A stretch of 64,000 nt of DNA, taken from assembly GCA_965203485.1 (NCBI GenBank), contig OZ241892.1, positions 3,424,001-3,488,000 on the forward strand. Reading direction: 5' to 3'. This DNA is from Longimicrobiales bacterium. GTDB taxonomy: Bacteria > Gemmatimonadota > Gemmatimonadetes > Longimicrobiales > Gaopeijiaceae. Shown here piece after piece: positions 56,817 to 64,000 of the stretch. The translations under genes and the position numbers were made by a program. The notes under the pieces are model-generated. The model saw only the letters and a program-made list of their open reading frames with translations, did no database searches and had not been told where the DNA came from. Positions within the stretch are counted from its first letter, which is position 1. Each line of letters begins with the position of its first letter.

Positions 56817-57779
56817 GTGCGCGCGCGCTCTCTTCTGGGCGGGCTGGCTCTCGCGGCAGGCGTGGCGTCCCCGGGGCTCGCGGGCGGTGGCGCACCGGCC
56901 GTTTGGGGCTTCACGGGCCACGAAATGGCCGCGCGGGCCGCGGCCCGTGCGTTGCCGCGCTCCATGCCGGCCTTCTTCCTGGATTCGGGCGACCAGCTGG
57001 TGTACTTGAATCCCGAGCCGGATCGGTGGCGCGTGCAGGAGTCCGTGGAGATGAACGAGGCCTTCGCGTACGACCACTACGTCGACCTTGAGAACCTTCC
57101 CGGCGGCGCCTTGGACGCGCCCGACCGGTTCGCCTATCTGAGGATGCTCTACGAGGCCGAACTCGAGCGCCCCGAGCGGGACGGCGGCTTCCTGCCCTAC
57201 CGGATCGTGGAGCTTCACCAGCGTCTCACCAGCCTGTGGCGCCGCTGGCGAACCGAGCAGGACCCGCGCCGCCGCACATGGCTGGAACAGCGCATCGTCA
57301 ACGACGCCGGCGTCTTGGGACACTACGTGACGGACGCGTCCCAACCGCACCACACGACCATCCACTTCAACGGATGGAACGCCCGAACGTCCAATCCCGA
57401 GGGCTACACCCGCGACAACAACTTCCATTCGCGCTTCGAGCGGCACTTTGTCGAGGCGCACGTGAGGCGGGCCGACGTCGAAGGGCACATGCGCGCTCGG
57501 AGGCCGGCTTGGCTTGCGGAACGTGCGGCCAAGGCGGAGGACGACGTCCCGCAAGCCGTTCAGGAACACATCGCCGAGTCGCACGCCGAGGTGGAGACGC
57601 TCTACCGGATCGAGCGGGACGCCGGCTTCGAACCCGATCAGCCGGTGCAAGCAGCCGCTCGGGACTTTGCCGCCAGCCGCTTGGCGGCCGGCGCCGACAT
57701 GCTCGCCGTCCTTTGGCTCGCGGCGTGGAATGGCAGCGCCGAGGAGGAGAACGGGTCCGGCCCGCGCTGGGAGCGCTGA
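56817..57779 (+). CDS. S1/P1 nuclease (zinc phospholipase C fold) family secreted protein
   Basis: Signal peptide then WG..GH, PD.W, HYVD, GHYVTDASQPHH, FHSRFE. Confidence 0.88.
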   Translation: MRARSLLGGLALAAGVASPGLAGGGAPAVWGFTGHEMAARAAARALPRSMPAFFLDSGDQLVYLNPEPDRWRVQESVEMNEAFAYDHYVDLENLPGGALDAPDRFAYLRMLYEAELERPERDGGFLPYRIVELHQRLTSLWRRWRTEQDPRRRTWLEQRIVNDAGVLGHYVTDASQPHHTTIHFNGWNARTSNPEGYTRDNNFHSRFERHFVEAHVRRADVEGHMRARRPAWLAERAAKAEDDVPQAVQEHIAESHAEVETLYRIERDAGFEPDQPVQAAARDFAASRLAAGADMLAVLWLAAWNGSAEEENGSGPRWER

Positions 57780-57839
57780 TGGATTCCGGCGTAGTTTCGT
57801 GGCCGCGCGGCCGTGGTTGCGTCGCGCGCGCGAGGGCCG

Positions 57840-59291
57840 TCACCCGGCCATGGCTTCGCCCAGGACTTCGAGCAATGTGTCCACTGTCTCCTTCCGGGTT
57901 CGGAAAGCGAGGGCGGCGAAACGCAGCCAGACTTGCTGGTCCAGATAGGTCGACGAGATGAACACGCGGCCGTCGGCGTGGACGCGCTCGACGAGCGCTT
58001 GGTTGGCGGCGTTCGGGTTGCGGCCGGGCGGCACGTGGCGGAACAGCGAGACCGAGAGTTCGGGAGCCGGGCCGGTCTCGACGTGGGGCAAGGCCTGGAC
58101 GCGCTCGTGGAAGTAGCGGGCCAGCCAGATCTTCTCGCTCAGGCAGGCGCGGAAGGCGGCGACGCCGAACAGTTGCAGGGGCAGCCATAGCCGCAGGGCG
58201 CGGAAATGGCGGCTGAGCTCGGGCGAGTGATATGCGGGAGAAGGGGACTCTTCGCTTTCCCAGGTGTCTCGCAGATACGGCGGGGCGTGCCAATGGGCGT
58301 TTCGCAGGGCATCGCGGTCGCGCACCAGCACGGCGCCGCTGCCGTAGGGGAGGAACAAGCCCTTGTGGGGGTCCAGGACGAGCGAGTCGGCCCGGTGGAG
58401 AGCCGCCAGCGACGGCGGGGCCTCCGGGCAGAGCGCGAAGAATCCGCCGTAGGCCGCGTCCACGTGGAACCACATGTCGTCTGCGGCAGTCGTGGCGGCC
58501 TCGGCGAGCTCGTCCACTGGGTCCACTGCGCCCGTGTCGGTCGTGCCCGCGGACGCGACGACCATGAAGGGACGCAGCCCGGCCTTCCGGTCGGCGGCGA
58601 TCTTGCGTTGCAGGTCGCCGGGGATCATGCGAAAGCGGTCGTCCATCTCGACGTGCCGGACGGCGCATTCGCGCAACCCCGCGATGACGCGCGCCTTGCC
58701 GACGCTGTGATGCACGTGGCGCGTGGCGTAGATCACCGAGCGCGGCACGTCCGCCGCCCGAATCCCGAGGGCCTCCCGGGCCGTGACGATCGCGACCAGA
58801 TTGGCGATCGATCCACCGCTCGTGAGGTCGCCTCCCGCCCCGGACGGATAGCCCACGAGCCCGGCCATCCAGTCGAGGAGCAGGTTGCCCATCCGCACCG
58901 CGCCCGGCGAAGCGAAGCAGATGCCCGCGAAGCGGTTGGCCGTCGCCGCCATGTAGTCGCCCAAGGCTGCGGGATAGATGCCGCCGCCGGGGATGTACCC
59001 CAGGTGTCCGCCCGAGGCCGGGTTCAGCCCGAAGCCGTCCACGGAGCGCTCGACCAGTCTCACCAGTTCCGAGATCGGACGGCCTTCCTCCGCAATCGGA
59101 AAGTCCAGGATCTCCGCGGCGCCGCTGTCCGGCGTCACGTACGTCTTGGCGGCGGGCAGCCGGTCCAGGAAGCGACGCCCGTAGCCCAGCGCTTCTTCCT
59201 CTAGCCGCCTGCGGTCCGCCGCTTCCGGATCGAGCCGCCGGGACAGCGGAGCTAGTTCGGCGATGCGCGCCTCGATCTCCTCGATCGTCAC
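57840..59291 (-). CDS. Group II PLP-dependent (aromatic amino acid-like) decarboxylase
   Basis: TSGGSIAN, AGTTDTGAVD, HVDAAYGG, DPHK. Confidence 0.92.
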   Translation of the reverse strand: MTIEEIEARIAELAPLSRRLDPEAADRRRLEEEALGYGRRFLDRLPAAKTYVTPDSGAAEILDFPIAEEGRPISELVRLVERSVDGFGLNPASGGHLGYIPGGGIYPAALGDYMAATANRFAGICFASPGAVRMGNLLLDWMAGLVGYPSGAGGDLTSGGSIANLVAIVTAREALGIRAADVPRSVIYATRHVHHSVGKARVIAGLRECAVRHVEMDDRFRMIPGDLQRKIAADRKAGLRPFMVVASAGTTDTGAVDPVDELAEAATTAADDMWFHVDAAYGGFFALCPEAPPSLAALHRADSLVLDPHKGLFLPYGSGAVLVRDRDALRNAHWHAPPYLRDTWESEESPSPAYHSPELSRHFRALRLWLPLQLFGVAAFRACLSEKIWLARYFHERVQALPHVETGPAPELSVSLFRHVPPGRNPNAANQALVERVHADGRVFISSTYLDQQVWLRFAALAFRTRKETVDTLLEVLGEAMAG

Positions 59292-59338
59292 AGCGGCGCG
59301 CAGGGGCGCCGCGGCGTGCGCGGGCCCGCAACGGGAGG

Positions 59339-59433
59339 GGTCACGCCCATCCCGCGCGGAGGCGAAGCTGACGGCCCCGGCGGCCCCGGAGCCCGCCCGT
59401 CACGGTCACGCCCGTCCCGCGCGGAGGCGAAGC
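59339..59433. repeat. 30-bp direct repeat duplicating the 3' end of the desaturase gene
   Basis: GGTCACGCCC(A/G)TCCCGCGCGGAGGCGAAGC at 59339-59368 and 59404-59433, one mismatch. Confidence 0.85.
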
Positions 59434-60431
59434 CGCCGGTACTCGCGAAACGAAATGAGCTTTCGGCGCGCCTCGTCCCAGAGCGCCAAGTTGAGCGTCT
59501 TGAAGCTGTCGAGAAGAGTCATTCGCTTCACGGACCAGAGTTCGCGGTTCTCGTCGTGGCAGCGTTGCAGCCTGTAGTTGGGAATGCGGCTGCTCAGGTG
59601 ATGGACGTGGTGCAGTCCTATGTTCGCCGTCAACCACTGCAACGGCTTGGGAAGTTGCAGAAACGAGGAACCGTGAAGGCCGGCGTCGTAGTAGTTCCAG
59701 TCCTCGTGCCAGTGCCAGTAGGCTTCCTCGAACTGGTGCTGCACGTAGAACAGCCAGACGCCCAGCGCGCAAGCGAACAGCGTAACGGGAAGCTGAACGA
59801 GCAAGAAGCGGTCCAATCCGGTCGTCAGCCATGCCGCCAGCAGCAGACCGGCCAAGGCGGCGTTGGTCCACCACACGGAACGCCACTCCCGCCTCCAGCG
59901 CCAGGGAATGTCCCAAGGGAATCGGTGCTTGACCAGGAAGTGGAAGGCGGCGCCGGGGCCGAACAGCACGAAGGGATTGCGGTATATGCGATAACCCAGG
60001 CGCTGCAGGCGCGACATCGCCTCGTATTCCTCGACGGTCTTCGTGCTGATGTCGCCGAAGGTGCGCAGGTCCAAGTCGCCGGAGTGAGCGTGATGGATGG
60101 CGTGCGTCTTGCGCCAGTAGTGATAGGGCGTCAGCGCCAGGACTCCGATCACGGAACCCACTGCGTCGGCCAGCTTCTGGGAGCGGAAGTACGACCCGTG
60201 GCCGCAGTCGTGCTGAATCATGAAGAGCCGCATGAGCATGGCCGAGGTGGGCACGGCCAGAAGCACCGTGAGCCAATAGCCGACTTCGAGCGACGCGAAC
60301 ATGAGCGCCCAAAGTCCGGCGTAGAGACTCGCGGTGACTGCAAGTTGGGCGGCGCTGCGCCGGTGGTCGGGGCCGAAGTAGGGGGACAGGATCTTCTTCC
60401 ACCGTTCGACTTGTTCGCGGTCGAGCTTCAT
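59406..60431 (-). CDS. Membrane fatty acid desaturase
   Basis: His boxes HDCGH, HAIHH and HHVHH, plus FYVQHQF and IPNYRL. Confidence 0.93.
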   Translation of the reverse strand: MKLDREQVERWKKILSPYFGPDHRRSAAQLAVTASLYAGLWALMFASLEVGYWLTVLLAVPTSAMLMRLFMIQHDCGHGSYFRSQKLADAVGSVIGVLALTPYHYWRKTHAIHHAHSGDLDLRTFGDISTKTVEEYEAMSRLQRLGYRIYRNPFVLFGPGAAFHFLVKHRFPWDIPWRWRREWRSVWWTNAALAGLLLAAWLTTGLDRFLLVQLPVTLFACALGVWLFYVQHQFEEAYWHWHEDWNYYDAGLHGSSFLQLPKPLQWLTANIGLHHVHHLSSRIPNYRLQRCHDENRELWSVKRMTLLDSFKTLNLALWDEARRKLISFREYRRLRLRAGRA

Positions 60432-60702
60432 GCTGCGGGTTGGTTGCGGGGATTGAAGGCGTTGCGGGGATCGAGGTTGGCGGAGAATGGGGGACGCGCG
60501 GAGGATGCGGGAGGAGCGCGGAGGCTGGAGCTGGCCGCAGGACTAACCGAAATCGGTTGCGGCGCCGCACAAATGTAGCCTCCGGCGGCTCGCCCGCCCG
60601 CCGCTTCGCCGCCCTCGCGCCGGAAGTGCGTCGCGCAATCCCGGCTCGGCTCCCGTCGTCGCTTGCGCGCCCCTTCGCAGCGGCCTGCCGGACCGCCCGT
60701 AC

Positions 60703-62265
60703 CTAACGCCGCTCGGCCGGCGCGCCGTAGGGGTACAACGCGGCCAAGTCGACGTTCTCGTAGGGCAGGGCGTCGAGGAAGGTGGTGCCCACGAAGGGCT
60801 CGGGGGCTTCGACGACGACGATGGTGCGCGCGAAGCCCGTCTCGTCGAATCCTCTGCGAAAGTGGACGCGCGACTTGACCACGAACACGTCGTAGTCGTC
60901 CGGATTCACCGGCCCCAGCCTGAACGATTCCGGATGGAGGATTTGCGTGTAGGCGGGGGTCAGGAACGCCAAGTTGCCGGCGCCGAACGACACGGCCGCA
61001 ACGGTGTCGTGGCCCAGGCCCCCGCCGAAGTGCTCCAACTTGCCCCGGATGCGGTGCGGCGCGCCGCCCGAGGGCGTGAAGCCGCCGATCTCGGCGTCGA
61101 AGGAATCGCCGGCACGCACGTCCGCCTCCGCCAGGGCCTCCAGCGTTGCGGGCGACGTGATCGCGCCGTAGAGGACCCTCTCGATGCCGGCGCGCTCGAA
61201 CGCGGCCAGGACGTGAGTGGCGTCGCCCGGACGGTCGCTGTGGTCGCCGACCGCCACCGGCGCCTCGCCTCGGGCCAGAGCCTCCGCAACGACGCGGGCC
61301 GCTTCGTTCGGCGGCGGGTAGGCTCCCGTCGCGAACTCTTCGCGCACCCTCCACATGAAGTCGCTCATGTCGTCCGCGATGCGGTCTGCGAGCGCTTGGT
61401 CGTCGTTGGTCACGACATGGACGGTCGCCCCCACGTCGGGCACGTCGGACCAGGGATAGCCGTAGAAGACGCTCACGAAGGCGCCCGGCTCGCGGGCCTC
61501 CCAACGGCGCGCTCGCTCCATGATGTCCATGGACGGAGACGCGCCGGTCCACTGAAGCACGGTGGCGGTGACGATGCCGGGCTTGCGGGTGGCCGACGTG
61601 GCCGTGTACTCGCCCTTGGCGGCCAAGCGGAGGGCGCGCGCGGCCCGTTCGCCCTGGGCGCGGGCGTCGTAGTGCGGGTAGCGCTTGGTGACGAACGCGA
61701 AGTCGGCGTGCTCCAGGAAGGCGGCGTCCTCGTTGCCGTGCAGGTCGAAGGTGGCGGCGATGGGAACGCCGGGCCCGACCGCCTCCCGAAAGCGCCGGGC
61801 GATCTCGGCTTCGGGGCGCGCGACGTCGCGGACGGCCATCGCGCCGTGGAGAGCCAGGTAGACGGCATCGACCGGCGCCTGCGTCTCCAGGTCCGCCAGC
61901 ATCGCGTCCAAGAAGTGGTCGAAGGTCGCCTTCGTGTTCCAGCTGCGCGACGAGCCGCCGAAGACCCCGTTCGGAGACTGAAGCGGGGCCAGTTCGACGT
62001 CGCCGAACTCCCCGGCCCGGCTGGCGAAGCCGCGGACGTAGGGATCCGACGCCAGAAGCGCGCCGCCCGTCAAGGGCTCGCTTTGCCGGAGCCAGTCCGC
62101 CACCTCGGTGTCGCCGCCGGGGCAGAAGGTGCACGTCTCGTGCTGGAACTTCGCGACGGCGAAGCGCAGGGGCGGCGGCGCGGCGGAAGCGCACGACGCG
62201 ACGAGGAGCACGGCGGCCAGCGCGGTGGGGCGGGTCAATGGGCCGATGGGCTTGGGCGTTTGCAT
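60703..62265 (-). CDS. M81-family metallopeptidase (MlrC-like), probable lipoprotein
   Basis: HETCTF, LALHGAM, DLHGN, YPHYD, VKSRVHFR. VASC lipobox. Confidence 0.9.
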   Translation of the reverse strand: MQTPKPIGPLTRPTALAAVLLVASCASAAPPPLRFAVAKFQHETCTFCPGGDTEVADWLRQSEPLTGGALLASDPYVRGFASRAGEFGDVELAPLQSPNGVFGGSSRSWNTKATFDHFLDAMLADLETQAPVDAVYLALHGAMAVRDVARPEAEIARRFREAVGPGVPIAATFDLHGNEDAAFLEHADFAFVTKRYPHYDARAQGERAARALRLAAKGEYTATSATRKPGIVTATVLQWTGASPSMDIMERARRWEAREPGAFVSVFYGYPWSDVPDVGATVHVVTNDDQALADRIADDMSDFMWRVREEFATGAYPPPNEAARVVAEALARGEAPVAVGDHSDRPGDATHVLAAFERAGIERVLYGAITSPATLEALAEADVRAGDSFDAEIGGFTPSGGAPHRIRGKLEHFGGGLGHDTVAAVSFGAGNLAFLTPAYTQILHPESFRLGPVNPDDYDVFVVKSRVHFRRGFDETGFARTIVVVEAPEPFVGTTFLDALPYENVDLAALYPYGAPAERR

Positions 62266-62422
62266 GGCGGTTGGCGTGGCTGGAAAGGAGCCGATCCGGG
62301 TCCGGGGCCGGGCGCGCCAAAGTTGCGGCGCCGGGCCTCCGTCCACCATACTACCGTCCGAATCCATCCACGACACCCCGGCCCTGCCTTTCGGCGGCGC
62401 CCCGACCCCCGGACGTCCCCCC

Positions 62423-63691
62423 ATGGAATACAATCCCGACCTCCCCTGGTACCGGCGGCTTCACTGGCAGGTCGCCGCCGCCATGCTCCTCGGTGCGCTC
62501 GTCGGTGGCTTCGGCGGCGAGTCGGCGGCCGAAGCGCTGGGCTGGATCGGCGACCTCTTCATGCGCCTCCTGCGGATGATCATCGTGCCTCTGGTGCTCA
62601 CGTCGATCGTGTCCGGCGTGGCGTCCGTGGGCGGAGGGCGGGCCATCGGGCGGCTCTTCAGCAAGACGCTGGGCTACTACGTCACGTCGAGCCTGCTGGC
62701 GGCGTGCGTGGGCGTGCTGATGTTCAACCTGTGGAGTCCGGGCAGCGGCGCCGACCTGAGCGCGGCGGCCCAGGAGGAGTTGCCGCAACTCGACACGCCG
62801 ACCGGCATCGACCTGCTCCTGAACGTCGTGCCGCGCAACTTCATCGATGCGATGGCGTCCGGCGACATGCTGGCGATCATCTTCTTCTGCATCGTCTTCG
62901 GGGCCGCCGTCACGACCCTGCCCGAAAAGCCGCGCACGCTGGTCACCGACATCTTCGAGTCGTTCTTCAAGGTCATGATGAACCTCACGTCGGGGATCAT
63001 CAAGTTCCTTCCCATCGGCGTGTTCGCGCTGATCACGCGGATGGTCGGCAACACGGGCTTGGACGCGTTCGCCCCGCTGCTCAAGTACGTGGGCACCCTG
63101 GGCTCGGGCTTGGCGATCCACTTCTTGGTCACTCTGCCGCTTCTGCTGATGTTCGTGGGCCGGATCAATCCGTGGATTCACCTGCGCAACATGCGCAACG
63201 CTCTAGTCACGGCGTTCTCGACGAGTTCGTCGGCGGCGACGCTCCCCGTGACGATCGACTCGGTCCGTTCGAAGGTCGGCGTGTCCAACAAGGTGTCGTC
63301 GTTCGTGTTGCCGATGGGCGCCACGGTGAACATGGACGGCACCGCGGTGTTCGAGTGCATCGGCGCATTGTTCATCGCGCAGGCGCTGGGCATCGAGATT
63401 ACCGTCATGCAGCAGTTCCTGGTCGTCGCCACCGCGTTGCTGGCGTCCATCGGGGCCGCGGCGGTGCCGTCGGCGGGCTTGGTGATCATCTTCATCGTGC
63501 TGGACGTGATCGGCCTGGGCGACAATGCGAACGCCACGGCAATCGTGGGAATGATGCTGGCCATCGACCGCCCGCTCGACATGTGCCGCACCGCCGTCAA
63601 CGTCTACAGCGATTCGTGCGGCGCGGCGATCATCGCGCGTTCGGAGGGCGAAGAGGGGGTGGACGCGGAAGTGCAGGGACAGGTGGCGTGA
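62423..63691 (+). CDS. Dicarboxylate/amino acid:cation symporter (DAACS, GltP-like)
   Basis: FSTSSSAATLP, LPMGATVNMDGT, DRPLDMCRTAVNV. Confidence 0.95.
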   Translation: MEYNPDLPWYRRLHWQVAAAMLLGALVGGFGGESAAEALGWIGDLFMRLLRMIIVPLVLTSIVSGVASVGGGRAIGRLFSKTLGYYVTSSLLAACVGVLMFNLWSPGSGADLSAAAQEELPQLDTPTGIDLLLNVVPRNFIDAMASGDMLAIIFFCIVFGAAVTTLPEKPRTLVTDIFESFFKVMMNLTSGIIKFLPIGVFALITRMVGNTGLDAFAPLLKYVGTLGSGLAIHFLVTLPLLLMFVGRINPWIHLRNMRNALVTAFSTSSSAATLPVTIDSVRSKVGVSNKVSSFVLPMGATVNMDGTAVFECIGALFIAQALGIEITVMQQFLVVATALLASIGAAAVPSAGLVIIFIVLDVIGLGDNANATAIVGMMLAIDRPLDMCRTAVNVYSDSCGAAIIARSEGEEGVDAEVQGQVA

Positions 63692-63773
63692 CAAGAACGG
63701 GTGGCACGCAGGATTGTTCGCACCGCCCGTCGATGCTATCCGGCGTTAGCGTCGCTTGGCCAAGGCCAGTAGG

Positions 63774-64000
63774 TTGCTAGTCTCCTTCGCCGTTACGAAC
63801 TGGGCCTGCTTCCGGGATCGGCAGGAACTCTCCGCCGAGGCCGTGGGCCGGACTGGCGACGCTTTCGCGTTCGACACGGGCGTACGCCGGATTCCTCGGC
63901 TCAATCGCGTGACCGCCGTCTACGGCGCCAACGGCAGCGGCAAGTCGCGCTTGTTGCAAGCGTTGGGATTTATGAAGGAATACGTCGTGGGTTCTGCGAA
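63774..64000 (+). CDS. RloA-like AAA_21/ABC ATPase, N-terminal part (runs off the window)
   Basis: Manual translation from TTG 63774 gives MLVSFAVTNWACFRDRQELS...AVYGANGSGKSRLLQAL (Walker A). Absent from the ORF track because no stop codon falls in the window. Confidence 0.8.
   Translation, partial: MLVSFAVTNWACFRDRQELSAEAVGRTGDAFAFDTGVRRIPRLNRVTAVYGANGSGKSRLLQALGFMKEYVVGSA

Noticed and set aside
1..64000. tRNA, rRNA, riboswitch or clear rho-independent terminators
   Set aside because: None was recognisable by eye. A tRNAscan/Infernal run would be needed to exclude them.

Overview
High-GC bacterial chromosomal window. The gene content (many secreted peptidases and hydrolases, Tat/lipoprotein signals, large NAD-GDH, sucA, a cox operon) is compatible with a Gemmatimonadota-like heterotroph, but this taxonomy is inference only. 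Accessory DNA with visibly lower GC sits in the housekeeping backbone. (1) A defence island at 1-11055 holds the 3' part of a type III restriction Res gene, a broken vapBC remnant, a full-length ISL3 with 8-bp target duplication, a PHP+ABC-ATPase (Ppl/TrlF-like) gene coupled to a Schlafen/AlbA_2 gene, an ABC-ATPase-TOPRIM gene and an ABC-ATPase + PIN pair. (2) A 4-kb island at about 30700-34650 holds a ParB-like gene, a PD-(D/E)XK-like nuclease gene and a convergent Dam-family methyltransferase, with an internally deleted ISL3 and an IS5 remnant. This trio is the best candidate for an undescribed restriction-type system. (3) An RloA-like ATPase starts at the right edge. There is also a roughly 2100-aa surface protein with 11 tandem repeats showing a constant framework, hypervariable loops and a recent 384-bp duplication. 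No rRNA, tRNA or CRISPR array was seen. All family assignments come from motif reading, not database searches.
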